Shown piece after piece: positions 21,566 through 32,989 of a DNA stretch of 64,000 nucleotides. The stretch covers positions 7,839 through 71,838 of the forward strand of contig CABSNI010000004.1 in assembly GCA_902479045.1 (NCBI GenBank), given 5' to 3'. The notes beneath the pieces are model-generated. The model saw only the letters and a list, made by a program, of their open reading frames with translations. It had not been told where the DNA came from and searched no databases. Positions within the stretch are counted from its first letter, which is position 1, and every line of letters begins with the position of its first letter. Source of the DNA: an uncultured Collinsella sp. Its GTDB lineage: Bacteria; Actinomycetota; Coriobacteriia; Coriobacteriales; Coriobacteriaceae. The position numbers and the translations under genes are program-made.

Positions 21566-22482
21566 TCTTTGACCTGTATGGTGCCGTCGACTCCTTCATT
21601 GCCTACATTGCACGCGTCGAAGGACTCGCCCCCAATACGGTAACCGCCTACGCCTCGCGCCTCGAGCGCTTCGCCGCGTGGTGCGACCGCGAGGGCATCG
21701 ACGCTCGCGTCGCCGACGTACGGACCGTTCGCTCCTATTTGGCCGAGCTGTCGCGTGGCCAGGTGGCGGCTCGGACCCTTGCGGCACACCTGTCTGCTAT
21801 TCGCTCGCTCTATCGGTGGATGGCTGCCGAGGGAATCGTTGAGGGCGATGCGGTCTCGGCGATATCCTCGCCCAAGCTGCCGCGCGATCTTCCCGGTGTG
21901 CTGACGACTCGGCAAGTCGAGTCGTTGCTCAAGACCCCCGACACCTCGACGCCTGCGGGGCTGCGTGATGCGGCGATGCTCGAGCTGCTCTATGCCTCCG
22001 GCGCGCGAATCTCGGAGCTCGCGTCGCTCAACGTGGAGTCTATTGGTTGGTCCGAGCGAACGCTGCGACTTTGGGGCAAGGGGAGCAAGGAGCGTATCGT
22101 GCCCCTCTATCGGCGCGCTCTCGAGGCGACTCGCCGCTATATTGAGGAGGGGAGGCCACATCTCCTTGTGCAGGCAAAGCGTGTCGATAGTGCGAACGGC
22201 GTGCATCCGCTGTTTATCTCGGCGCGCGGAAACCGCATGAGTGCCGCCATGCTCAGGAGGCGGTTCCATATGCTTGCGGCACTTGCCGGCATTCCTGCCG
22301 ACATCGCCCCGCATGCGATGCGTCACACCTTTGCGACCGACCTGCTCGAGGGCGGCGCTGATCTGCGCTCGGTTCAGGAGCTGCTGGGGCATGCGAGCTT
22401 GTCCACGACGCAGATTTATACGCACCTCACGCCCGACCGACTCAAGCGCGCCGTGAGACAGGCACACCCCCGCGGCGAGTAG
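21562..22482 (+). CDS. xerC: Tyrosine recombinase XerC; probable non-canonical start (ATA 21562 or ATC 21559)
   Basis: LYASGARISEL, GKGSKER, PHAMRHTFAT, VQELLGHASLSTTQIYTH; frame is open with Xer N-terminal sequence about 59 codons upstream of first TTG (21739). Confidence 0.85.
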   Translation: MVFDLYGAVDSFIAYIARVEGLAPNTVTAYASRLERFAAWCDREGIDARVADVRTVRSYLAELSRGQVAARTLAAHLSAIRSLYRWMAAEGIVEGDAVSAISSPKLPRDLPGVLTTRQVESLLKTPDTSTPAGLRDAAMLELLYASGARISELASLNVESIGWSERTLRLWGKGSKERIVPLYRRALEATRRYIEEGRPHLLVQAKRVDSANGVHPLFISARGNRMSAAMLRRRFHMLAALAGIPADIAPHAMRHTFATDLLEGGADLRSVQELLGHASLSTTQIYTHLTPDRLKRAVRQAHPRGE

Positions 22483-22530
22483 CAGAAGAGCCCCCCGCGC
22501 CGCACCGAGGTGTGTGGTTTTGATTGCGGG

Positions 22531-22559
22531 TTGGCAGGAAGAGGCAATCCTGCTATCAT
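22531..22559 (+). promoter_or_regulatory. Promoter of rpsB-tsf
   Basis: TTGGCA, 17 nt, TGcTATCAT. Confidence 0.65.
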
Positions 22560-22591
22560 TCATCAGGTTGCTTCACGGCAACAGGTTTTTA

Positions 22592-22688
22592 TCACGCACG
22601 CGCGGCTACTTCATACCGTGGTGCCCGGGCTTTGGTAGCACATGTTCGGGTTGGTTTTGGAGGATGACCCCGCGCGGAGGCAAACCAC
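22592..22688 (+). ncRNA. rpsB leader, t44/S2-leader-like cis-regulatory RNA
   Basis: CACGCACGCGCGG...CCGTGGTGCCC...CCGCGCGGAGGCAAACC resembles the t44 pattern (ACACACG...GGUGCC...GGAGGCAUAACC); 5' CGCGCGG pairs with 3' CCGCGCG. Confidence 0.55.
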
Positions 22689-22700
22689 AGGAGGTTTAAC

Positions 22701-23429
22701 ATGGCTACCAAGATTAATATCCGCACCCTGCTCGAGGCCGGCTGCCACTTCGGTCACCAGACCCGTCGCTGGAACCCCAAGATGAAGCCGTTCATCTTCG
22801 GTGAGCGCAACGGCATCTACATCCTCGACCTCAAGCAGACCATCCTTGACGCCGACCAGGCCTACACCTTCGTCAAGAACGTCGCCAAGGGCGGCAACGT
22901 TCTGTTCGTCGGTACCAAGAAGCAGGCTCAGGAGGCCGTCAAGAACGCCGCTGAGCGCGCCAACATGCCTTACATCAACCAGCGTTGGCTCGGCGGTATG
23001 CTGACCAACTTCGTCACCATCCGCTCCCGCATCAACCGCATGGAGGAGCTCGAGGCCATGGTCGAGGACGGCCGCATGGCAGTGCTGCCCAAGAAGGAGC
23101 AGGCTGTGCTCGGTAAGGAGCTCGCTAAGCTCCAGACCAACCTCGGTGGCGCCCGCGACATGAAGGGTCTGCCCCAGGCTCTCTTCGTCATCGACACCAA
23201 GCGCGAGGAGAACGCCATCAAGGAGGCCCAGCGCCTGAACATCCCCGTCGTCGCTCTGATCGACACCAACTCCGATCCCGACGAGGTCGAGTACGGCATC
23301 CCCTGCAACGATGACGCCATCTCCGCTGTCACCCTTATGTGCGAGCTCATGGCCGACGCCTGCCTCGCTGGCTCCGGCAAGGAGCAGGTCTCCGAGGCCG
23401 AGATGGCCGCCGAGCCCAAGGCCGAGTAA
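22701..23429 (+). CDS. rpsB: 30S ribosomal protein S2
   Basis: [29 protein letters not shown]. Confidence 0.98.
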   Translation: MATKINIRTLLEAGCHFGHQTRRWNPKMKPFIFGERNGIYILDLKQTILDADQAYTFVKNVAKGGNVLFVGTKKQAQEAVKNAAERANMPYINQRWLGGMLTNFVTIRSRINRMEELEAMVEDGRMAVLPKKEQAVLGKELAKLQTNLGGARDMKGLPQALFVIDTKREENAIKEAQRLNIPVVALIDTNSDPDEVEYGIPCNDDAISAVTLMCELMADACLAGSGKEQVSEAEMAAEPKAE

Positions 23430-23474
23430 ATCAGTCCTATTTAAGTCTTTTTCATCTCTTTGAAAGGAACCACA

Positions 23475-24344
23475 ATGGCCCAGATTACTGCCGCTATGGT
23501 CAAGCAGCTCCGCGAGATGACCGACTCCCCGATGATGGAGTGCAAGAAGGCTCTCGTCGAGGCTGACGGCGACATGGACGTCGCTGTTGACGTTCTGCGC
23601 AAGAACGGCCTCGCCAAGGCTGCCAAGAAGGCTGGCCGTGAGACCAACGAGGGCGCTGTCGCCGCGTTCGTCTCCGAGGACGGCAAGTCCGGCGCTCTGC
23701 TCGAGCTCTCCTGCGAGACCGACTTCGTCGGCTCCAACGCCAAGTTCACCGGCTTTGCTTCTAAGGTCGCCGAGGTTGTCGCTACCACCGAGCCGGCCGA
23801 TGTCGATGCTCTGCTCGAGAAGCCGATGGGCGAGGAGACCGTTTCCTCTGAGCTCACCGAGATGATTCACATCATGGGCGAGAACATGAAGATCGCTCGT
23901 TTCTCCGCCCGCAAGGTCGAGAACGGCGCTCTCGCTTCTTACATCCACATGGGTGGTAAGATCGGCGTCCTCGTCGAGTTCGCTTTCGAGAAGGCCGAGA
24001 CCGCTCAGGCTGAGTCCTTCAAGACCTTCGCTCACGATGTTGCCCTTCAGGTTGCCGCCGTCGCCCCGATCTGCGCTACCCGCGATCAGGTTCCGGTCGA
24101 GACCGTCGAGCATGAGAAGGAGATCTACATGGCTCAGGCTGCCGAGTCCGGCAAGCCCGAGGCCATTCAGGAGAAGATGGCTGTTGGCCGTCTGGAGAAG
24201 TTCTACAAGCAGTCCGTGCTCACCGAGCAGGAGTTCATCAAGGACAGCTCCCTCACCATCAAGAAGTACGCTGAGCAGGTCTCCAAGGAGCTCAGCGATA
24301 CCATTACCGTCGTTGCCTTCGACCGTCTGGTCCGTGGCGAGTAA
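23475..24344 (+). CDS. tsf: Elongation factor Ts
   Basis: ITAAMVKQLRE, MMECKKAL, CETDFV. Confidence 0.97.
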   Translation: MAQITAAMVKQLREMTDSPMMECKKALVEADGDMDVAVDVLRKNGLAKAAKKAGRETNEGAVAAFVSEDGKSGALLELSCETDFVGSNAKFTGFASKVAEVVATTEPADVDALLEKPMGEETVSSELTEMIHIMGENMKIARFSARKVENGALASYIHMGGKIGVLVEFAFEKAETAQAESFKTFAHDVALQVAAVAPICATRDQVPVETVEHEKEIYMAQAAESGKPEAIQEKMAVGRLEKFYKQSVLTEQEFIKDSSLTIKKYAEQVSKELSDTITVVAFDRLVRGE

Positions 24345-24367
24345 ATAAGCTCTTGTAGCTGGTAATG

Positions 24368-24402
24368 AGCAGGCTGTGGGTTTTACTCACAGCCTGCTTT
24401 TT
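24368..24402 (+). terminator. Intrinsic terminator after tsf
   Basis: AGCAGGCTGTGGG-TTTTA-CTCACAGCCTGCT followed by TTTT. Confidence 0.8.
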
Positions 24403-24461
24403 CATGGCTCTTATCAGAGCCTTTGCTATCATATTGAGAGTCTAATTAAAGGAGGATCGCT

Positions 24462-25184
24462 TTGTCCGACATCCGATATAAACGCGTGCTTCTGAAGCTT
24501 TCCGGCGAAGCACTGATGGGCGACGGCCAATATGGTATCGACCCCAAGATTACCGACCATCTTGCCAAGCAGGTCAAGGAGCTGCTCGCCGTTGGCCATG
24601 AGGTCGGCGTTGTTGTCGGCGGCGGCAACATTTTCCGCGGCATGGCCGGCGCTGCTGGTGGCATGGAGCGCGCCCAGGCCGACTACATGGGCATGCTGGC
24701 AACCGTTATGAACGCGCTTGCCCTGCAGGATGCCTTTGAGCACAACGATGTTCCCTGCCGCGTGATGAGCGCTATCCAGATGAACGAGATCTGCGAGCCC
24801 TATATTCGCCGTCGCGCCATCAACCACCTTTCCAAGGGTAATGTCGTTATTTTTGCCGCCGGTTCGGGCAATCCGTACTTTACGACCGACACCGCCGCGG
24901 CTCTTCGTGCCTGCGAGATCGGTGCCGAGATTCTGATTAAGGCCACCAAGGTTGACGGCATCTACGACAAGGACCCTGTCAAGTGTTCCGATGCCGTCCG
25001 TTTTGACAAGATTACCTATCACGAGGTTCTCGTCCGCGGTCTGCAGGTTATGGATTCCACGGCCACGGCGCTGTGCCAGGATAACCGTATGCCGATTTTG
25101 GTCCTCAACATCGATGGCGAGGACACCGTCAAACGCGCGCTTTCGGGTGAGCCCGTCGGCACGCTCGTCTATCAGGAGGATTAA
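24462..25184 (+). CDS. pyrH: UMP kinase
   Basis: [27 protein letters not shown]. Confidence 0.97.
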   Translation: MSDIRYKRVLLKLSGEALMGDGQYGIDPKITDHLAKQVKELLAVGHEVGVVVGGGNIFRGMAGAAGGMERAQADYMGMLATVMNALALQDAFEHNDVPCRVMSAIQMNEICEPYIRRRAINHLSKGNVVIFAAGSGNPYFTTDTAAALRACEIGAEILIKATKVDGIYDKDPVKCSDAVRFDKITYHEVLVRGLQVMDSTATALCQDNRMPILVLNIDGEDTVKRALSGEPVGTLVYQED

Positions 25185-25186
25185 GC

Positions 25187-25723
25187 ATGGCAGAGAACAT
25201 CACCGCCCACATGGACAAGTCGCTCGAGTCCCTCAAGCACAACTTCTCCAAGGTTCGCACGGGTCGCGCCAACGCTAACATTCTGTCCGACATTTCGGTC
25301 GATTACTACGGTGTTCCCACGCCGGTTACCCAGGTTGCCGCCGTTAAGACCCCCGAGGCTCACATGCTGCTTATCGAGCCCTGGGACAAGGCGCTCGTCA
25401 ACGCAATCGTGAAGGCTATCAGCGCTTCCGATCTGGGCATTACTCCCAACTCTGACGGTACCGTCGTGCGCCTGCCGTTCCCGGCTCCCACCGAGGAGCG
25501 TCGTCGCGAGCTCGTCAAGGAGTGTCGCGAGTATGCCGAGCAGGCCAAGGTCTCCATTCGCAACATCCGTCGCGACTTTAACAACAAGCTCGAGCGCGAC
25601 GAAGAGCTTACCGAGGACGATGTCCGTCGCGAGCAGGCCAAGGTCCAGAAGTATACCGATGAGTATGTTGCCAAGGTTGAGGAGCTTCTGAAGGAAAAAG
25701 AAGCCGAGGTCATGGAGATCTAA
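25187..25723 (+). CDS. frr: Ribosome recycling factor
   Basis: VRTGRAN, TEERRRELVK, IRNIRRD. Confidence 0.97.
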   Translation: MAENITAHMDKSLESLKHNFSKVRTGRANANILSDISVDYYGVPTPVTQVAAVKTPEAHMLLIEPWDKALVNAIVKAISASDLGITPNSDGTVVRLPFPAPTEERRRELVKECREYAEQAKVSIRNIRRDFNNKLERDEELTEDDVRREQAKVQKYTDEYVAKVEELLKEKEAEVMEI

Positions 25724-25724
25724 G

Positions 25725-26519
25725 GTGCAATACGACGAGCATAAACTGGTCGAGTACTTTGCCGACGCCCCTGCGGGCGTCGGTTTTTCCGACCTTGACC
25801 TCAATAACATTCCGCACCATATCTCGTGCATCATGGACGGCAACGGTCGTTGGGCCACGTCGCGCGGTCTTGCACGCACCGAGGGCCACAAGGCGGGTAT
25901 CGTCTCGCTGCGCGAGATCATTACCGCCTGCGTGCGCCTGGGCGTCGACGTGCTTTCGGCCTATGCGTTTTCTACCGAAAACTGGAACCGCCCGCAGCAT
26001 GAGGTCAACGTCTTGATGCACCTGTTTGCCAAGACGTTCATCGACGAGTTGCCGCTTCTGAAGCGCGAAAACGTGCGCGTTGTCTTTTTGGGTGATATTT
26101 CCGCGCTGCCCAAGAAGACCCGCGACGTTTTTGAACGCGGTCTTGCCGAGTGCGCCGATCACACCGGTATGACGCTGGCGCTTGCTGTCAACTACGGCGC
26201 GCGTGCCGAGATTACCCGCGCTGTCCGTCAGATCGCGCTCGACGTTGCCGCCGGTAAGATTGATCCTGCCGCAATTGATGACGACATGGTGGCTTCTCAC
26301 CTTTATACCGCCGGTCTTCCCGATCCTGAGCTTGTGATTCGCACCTCTGGTGAGCTGCGCCTTTCGAACTATCTACTGTGGCAGGTAGCTTATTCCGAGT
26401 TCTACGTCACCGATACCTATTGGCCCGACTTTGATCGTTGGGGCCTTGTCGACGCCATTTTGGCCTATCAGGGCCGTGACCGTAGGTTTGGTGGTCTGAG
26501 CAAGACCGAGGAGGCTTAA
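25725..26519 (+). CDS. uppS: Undecaprenyl/isoprenyl diphosphate synthase
   Basis: IMDGNGRWA, FSTENWNRP, IRTSGELRLSNYLLWQ. Confidence 0.96.
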   Translation: MQYDEHKLVEYFADAPAGVGFSDLDLNNIPHHISCIMDGNGRWATSRGLARTEGHKAGIVSLREIITACVRLGVDVLSAYAFSTENWNRPQHEVNVLMHLFAKTFIDELPLLKRENVRVVFLGDISALPKKTRDVFERGLAECADHTGMTLALAVNYGARAEITRAVRQIALDVAAGKIDPAAIDDDMVASHLYTAGLPDPELVIRTSGELRLSNYLLWQVAYSEFYVTDTYWPDFDRWGLVDAILAYQGRDRRFGGLSKTEEA

Positions 26520-26521
26520 TC

Positions 26522-27421
26522 GTGTCCGATCGTCCCAAGGCAATTGCTCCCAAGACATCTGAGCGCAAGGCTGTCGCTGCGGGAGCGCCCGCAGCGAAGA
26601 ATGGCACCGGTTCGTGGCTTGCCGGCTTTATCACCCGTGCCGCCGCCGGTATCGTCTATGCCGTTGTCTTTATCCTGTGCCTGGTTTTGGGTATTGTGCC
26701 CACGGCCATCTTTGTTTCTGTCATGAGCGGCCTGTGCTGCTTTGAGTATTTCCGCATGACGAAGCTCGATGGCAAGGTGGCCAACAAGCGCCTGGGTATC
26801 GCTGCCGCCGTGCTCTTTCCGCTCTCGGCGCTGGGCGACTCGCTGCTGTTGAATGCGCTGCTTTTTGCATTGATGCTTGCGGTGGGCATTTGGTATGTCT
26901 GTTCGTCGCGTACCCGCATATCCGATGTGGCTGTGACACTCATGGGTCCCATCTACACCGGTTTTATGCTGTCGGCCATCGTGCTGCTGCGCGATGCCGT
27001 GCCCGGTTTTGCCGGCGCCCTGCTTTCGGTGGGTGTTTGCGCGTCTCTCTGGGTCTCCGATTCGTTTGCCTACATCGTGGGCAGCCGTATCGGCAAGCAC
27101 AAGATGGTCCCCAAGATCTCTCCCAAAAAGAGCTGGGAGGGCTTTGTCGGCGGCATCTTGGGCTCGGTTCTTATCTGGCTTATTTTGTGGGCGACGCATT
27201 TCTATAAGCTGAGCTTGCCCTATGCGCTGCTTTGCGGCGTGGTTGTGTCCATCTTGGGCGTTATCGGTGACCTCATCGAGTCACGCATCAAGCGTGGCGT
27301 GGGCGTCAAGGATTCTGGCAACCTTATTCCGGGCCATGGCGGCATGCTCGATCGAAGTGACTCGCTTATCTTTGGCTGCATTACCGCGCAGCTGCTTTTG
27401 ATGATCGGAGGCGTGCTGTAA
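26522..27421 (+). CDS. cdsA: Phosphatidate cytidylyltransferase
   Basis: ISPKKSWEG, KDSGNLIPGHGGMLDR. Confidence 0.95.
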   Translation: MSDRPKAIAPKTSERKAVAAGAPAAKNGTGSWLAGFITRAAAGIVYAVVFILCLVLGIVPTAIFVSVMSGLCCFEYFRMTKLDGKVANKRLGIAAAVLFPLSALGDSLLLNALLFALMLAVGIWYVCSSRTRISDVAVTLMGPIYTGFMLSAIVLLRDAVPGFAGALLSVGVCASLWVSDSFAYIVGSRIGKHKMVPKISPKKSWEGFVGGILGSVLIWLILWATHFYKLSLPYALLCGVVVSILGVIGDLIESRIKRGVGVKDSGNLIPGHGGMLDRSDSLIFGCITAQLLLMIGGVL

Positions 27422-28608
27422 TGTCATTCCAGACGACGTATGGCCCCGATGGACGCCTTCGCGTTGCCATTCTGGGCTGTACGGGCTCTATCGGCACGCA
27501 GGCACTCGATGTATGCCGTCAGCATGCCGATCGACTGCAGGTGACGGCACTGTCCGTTAACTCCAGCACCTCGGAGCTCGTTGCCGCCGCCCGCGAGTTT
27601 TCGGTCCCGGCCGTTGCCGTGGCCGATGTCGCTCATGGCGATGACGCCGTGCTGCAGGAGTTGCCCGAGGGAACGAAGCTCGGCGTTGGCGCGCAGGCGG
27701 TTTGCGAGCTCGCGCGTCGCGACGATGTCGACTGCGTGCTCGTTGCTATTGTGGGCGCCGCCGGTCTCGAGGCGAGCCATGCGGCCTTGACCTCGAATAA
27801 GCGCCTTGCCCTTGCCAACAAGGAGTCCCTCGTCGTCGGTGGCGACTTGCTTATGCCGTTGGCGCAACCGGGCCAGCTTATTCCAGTCGACTCTGAGCAC
27901 TCCGCCATCTACCAGTGCTATCTGGGGGAGAACCCACGCGAGGCTCATTGTATTTGGCTCACCTGCTCGGGCGGTCCGTTCTTTGGCCGCACGCGCGACG
28001 AGCTCAATCGCGTGACACGCGCCGATGCGCTGGCACATCCCACGTGGGCCATGGGCGCTAAGATCACGATTGACTCCGCCACCCTTATGAACAAGGGTCT
28101 GGAGCGTATCGAGGCGATGCATCTGTTCGGTTGCGACCTCGACTTTATCAACGTGGTCGTTCAGCGTCAGTCAAAGATTCATTCTATGGTCGAGTTTGCC
28201 GACGGCTCCGTGATGGCGCATCTCGGTGCGTCCGATATGCGCATTCCCATCCAGTTTGCTTTTTCGTATCCCGAGCGTTGGGATACTCCGGCGCCTCGAA
28301 TCGATTTTCGTGAGTTGGGGCAGCTTACCTTCGATGCGGCCGACATGGAGACGTTCCGTTGCCTTGCGCTGGCCGAGCGTGCCGGCAAGACGGGCGGCAC
28401 CATGCCGTGCGTGCTGAATGCCGCCAACGAAGTTGCCGTCGATGCCTTCCTGCACGATGCCTGCACCTTTACCGATATCGATCGCATCGTTGAGTCCTGC
28501 ATGGATGCGCACGATCCGCAGGCGGTTGCATCGTTTGAGCAGCTTCGCGATATCGATACATGGGCTCGCGCCAAGGCCGCCGAGGTGCTCGCTGCAACCC
28601 GCTCTTAA
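27421..28608 (+). CDS. dxr: 1-deoxy-D-xylulose-5-phosphate reductoisomerase
   Basis: LGCTGSIG, ALANKES, PVDSEHSAI, HPTWAMGAKITIDSA. Confidence 0.97.
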   Translation: MSFQTTYGPDGRLRVAILGCTGSIGTQALDVCRQHADRLQVTALSVNSSTSELVAAAREFSVPAVAVADVAHGDDAVLQELPEGTKLGVGAQAVCELARRDDVDCVLVAIVGAAGLEASHAALTSNKRLALANKESLVVGGDLLMPLAQPGQLIPVDSEHSAIYQCYLGENPREAHCIWLTCSGGPFFGRTRDELNRVTRADALAHPTWAMGAKITIDSATLMNKGLERIEAMHLFGCDLDFINVVVQRQSKIHSMVEFADGSVMAHLGASDMRIPIQFAFSYPERWDTPAPRIDFRELGQLTFDAADMETFRCLALAERAGKTGGTMPCVLNAANEVAVDAFLHDACTFTDIDRIVESCMDAHDPQAVASFEQLRDIDTWARAKAAEVLAATRS

Positions 28609-28631
28609 TCGTAAGGATTGCTTTTCGTTTT

Positions 28632-29993
28632 ATGGATACTGTTCTGAGCGTTCTCTCCTCGGTCTTTTGGGGTCTTTTGATGCTATCCGTCCTCGTGTTT
28701 CTGCACGAGGGCGGCCACTTTTTAGCGGCCCGTGCGTGCGGCGTGCGCGTCACCGAGTTTTTCTTGGGCCTACCGTGCCGCTTTGACATTCATCGTACGT
28801 CGCGTCGCATCGGTACCAAGTTTGGCGTGACGCCGCTGCTGCTGGGTGGCTATGCCGCTATCTGCGGTATGGACCCGACCGATGTCTCGTGCGCCGACCG
28901 TGTGCTTGCGGCGATCTATCGTCATGGTCGCGTTTCGGTTGCAGACCTTTCCGTCGAGCTGGAGCTGCCCGAGGAGGATGTTCTCGAAGCTTGTGCCTTG
29001 CTTTTGGGCTGGGGTTCCATTGCACCTTGGTACGAGGAAAGGGAGAAGCCTTCACCCAGCTATTATCCGGTTAGGTACCAGACGCTGCCGCGCGATGCTG
29101 CAGGATATACCACCTTTGACGGCCGTAAATTCGATCGAGAGCATGCGACTGCAGAGGGCGACGTGTGGGAGTTGCCGGTCACTGCTTCGGAGTTTCTTGA
29201 GCAGGAGCGCTCGCATACCTATCTGGGCCAGGGTTTTCTCAAGCGTGCCTTTATGCTGCTCGCGGGCATTCTCGTCAATATCCTGACGGGTTTTTTGCTG
29301 CTTATGAGTATCTACTCTATCGCCGGCGTATCGGTGCCGGTCGATAGCAATGTGATCGGTCAGGTCGAAGAAGGCTCGATAGCCGCCAAGGCGGGCATCG
29401 AGGCCGGCGACACGATTCTTAGTGTCGATGGCGTGTCGTGCTCTTCCTGGATGGACGTGTACGATGCGATCGGAGCGGCCGCTGGCAAGGACGATATCGC
29501 CATTGAGTATCAGCACGACGGCAAGAAATTTACGACCTCGGTCGCGCTCAAGGAGGACGAGCGTTTGGGCGTTTATGCCTCCACGCAAGTGGTCCATTTG
29601 GACCCCATTACGTCGGCGCGGCTGTCGTTCTCCTATGTTCAACAGACTGCTGAGGGCGTGATGCGCCTGCTGCAGCCGCAGCATACGATGGAGATACTCG
29701 ATCAGTCCTCCTCGATTGTGGGCATCAGCGTCATGTCTTCTCAGGCGGCTGCCGCCGGCCCCGCGACATTCTTGACGTTTGCTGCGCTCATCTCGTTTTC
29801 GCTGGGCTTTATGAACCTGCTGCCTATTCCGCCGCTCGACGGGGGAAAGCTGGTTATCGAGATCATTCAAAAGGTCGCCGGTCGCGAGCTGCCGCTGAAG
29901 GTGCAGACGATCGTCAGCTATGTCGGCATCGTGCTCTTTGCGCTGCTGTTTGTCTATATGCTTCGTTCCGACGTCCTTCGATTTATTTTGTAG
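28632..29993 (+). CDS. rseP: RIP metalloprotease RseP (M50, PDZ) with large N-proximal insert
   Basis: HEGGH, LGGY, AGILVN, PDZ, NLLPIPPLDGG; between dxr and ispG. Confidence 0.92.
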   Translation: MDTVLSVLSSVFWGLLMLSVLVFLHEGGHFLAARACGVRVTEFFLGLPCRFDIHRTSRRIGTKFGVTPLLLGGYAAICGMDPTDVSCADRVLAAIYRHGRVSVADLSVELELPEEDVLEACALLLGWGSIAPWYEEREKPSPSYYPVRYQTLPRDAAGYTTFDGRKFDREHATAEGDVWELPVTASEFLEQERSHTYLGQGFLKRAFMLLAGILVNILTGFLLLMSIYSIAGVSVPVDSNVIGQVEEGSIAAKAGIEAGDTILSVDGVSCSSWMDVYDAIGAAAGKDDIAIEYQHDGKKFTTSVALKEDERLGVYASTQVVHLDPITSARLSFSYVQQTAEGVMRLLQPQHTMEILDQSSSIVGISVMSSQAAAAGPATFLTFAALISFSLGFMNLLPIPPLDGGKLVIEIIQKVAGRELPLKVQTIVSYVGIVLFALLFVYMLRSDVLRFIL

Positions 29994-30006
29994 GGGAGTG
30001 TTTGGA

Positions 30007-31089
30007 TTGTCTTTGTCCCATCCTTTGCCGCGCGAGCTGACGCGCCCCGTGCATGTGGGCGGCGTTCAGATCGGTGGCGGCGCTCCGGTGGTGGTTCAGT
30101 CCATGACCTGCACCGATACCGCCGACGCCCAGGCAACGCTTGCGCAAGTGCGTGCGCTTGCCCAGGCGGGTTGTGATGTTGTGCGCGTGAGCGTGCCCAC
30201 TGAGGCTGCGCTCGAGGGCTTTCGCACGATTTGTGCGGAGTCTCCGGTGCCGATCGTTGCTGATATCCACTTTAACCATAAGCTCGCCATTGGTGCCGTG
30301 GAGGCCGGTGCCGCTAAGCTCCGCATCAATCCCGGCAACATTGGCGATTGGGCTAAGGTCGATGCCGTGATCGATGCCGCGGGCGCCGCTGGGTGCGCGA
30401 TTCGCATTGGCGTGAACGCCGGCTCGCTTGAGCAGGATATCGCCGAGCGCGATGACCTTACGCAGCCCGAAAAGCTTGTGATGTCGAGCGAGCGTTTCGT
30501 CAAACATTTTGAGGATCGCGGCTTTACCAATATCGTGCTTTCCGCCAAAGCTCATAGCGTGTCCACGACGCTTGACACCTATCGTGCCCTGTCGCGCGAA
30601 ATCCCCCATGTTCCGCTTCATTTGGGCGTGACTGAGGCCGGAACCAAGCTCCAGGGCACCATTAAGAGCTCTGTGGGCCTGGGAATTTTGCTTTCCGAGG
30701 GCATTGGCGACACCATGCGCGTCTCGCTCACGGCCGATCCGGTCGAGGAACCGCCGGTCGCCTGGGGTATTCTGCAGTCGCTCGGCCTTCGCCGCCGTGG
30801 TCCCGAGATCGTCTCGTGCCCCACGTGCGCTCGCTGCCAGGTTAACCTCATTCCTATCGCCGAGGAGGTCACCGAGCGGCTTAAGAACTACTCCGCGCCG
30901 CTTTCGATTGCCGTGATGGGCTGTGCAGTCAATGGCCCCGGCGAGGCCTCTGACGCCGACTTGGGTGTTGCCTGCGGACGAGGTCAGGGCCTGCTCTTTT
31001 CGCACGGCCAGATCATTGGTAAAGTAGCTGAGGACCAAATTGTCGACGCGCTAATGGCCGAGGTCGACAAGCTTATTGAGGAGAAATAA
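30007..31089 (+). CDS. ispG: HMBPP synthase (start codon approximate)
   Basis: VQSMT, ADIHF, RINPGNIG, LHLGVTEAG, SCPTCAR, MGCAVNGPGE. Confidence 0.96.
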   Translation: MSLSHPLPRELTRPVHVGGVQIGGGAPVVVQSMTCTDTADAQATLAQVRALAQAGCDVVRVSVPTEAALEGFRTICAESPVPIVADIHFNHKLAIGAVEAGAAKLRINPGNIGDWAKVDAVIDAAGAAGCAIRIGVNAGSLEQDIAERDDLTQPEKLVMSSERFVKHFEDRGFTNIVLSAKAHSVSTTLDTYRALSREIPHVPLHLGVTEAGTKLQGTIKSSVGLGILLSEGIGDTMRVSLTADPVEEPPVAWGILQSLGLRRRGPEIVSCPTCARCQVNLIPIAEEVTERLKNYSAPLSIAVMGCAVNGPGEASDADLGVACGRGQGLLFSHGQIIGKVAEDQIVDALMAEVDKLIEEK

Positions 31090-32811
<1,722 letters not shown>

Positions 32812-32841
32812 TCGAAGATTTCGCTTGTAGTTCGATATGTG

Positions 32842-32890
32842 GGACGGCCCCGCATTTCTCCAGATCGGGGAGATGCGGGGCCGTCCTTTT
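32842..32890 (+). terminator. Intrinsic terminator after proS
   Basis: GGACGGCCCCGCATTTCTCC...GGGGAGATGCGGGGCCGTCC followed by TTTT. Confidence 0.8.
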
Positions 32891-32919
32891 ATCTTGCAGC
32901 ATTCTCAATATCTAAAAGG

Positions 32920-32957
32920 AAAACCCCACAGCCCATATGAGCTGCGGGGTTTTCTTT
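32920..32957 (-). terminator. Terminator for the adhE-kinase transcript (possibly bidirectional)
   Basis: AAAACCCCACAGC...GCTGCGGGGTTTT. Confidence 0.65.
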
Positions 32958-32989
32958 GTGCCTCCGATGCGAAATAAATCGCTCAGATA

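Noticed and set aside
21562..22482. Tyrosine recombinase as a phage or island integrase
   Set aside because: It sits in the housekeeping dprA-trmFO-xerC-rpsB context with no att site, tRNA or cargo genes.
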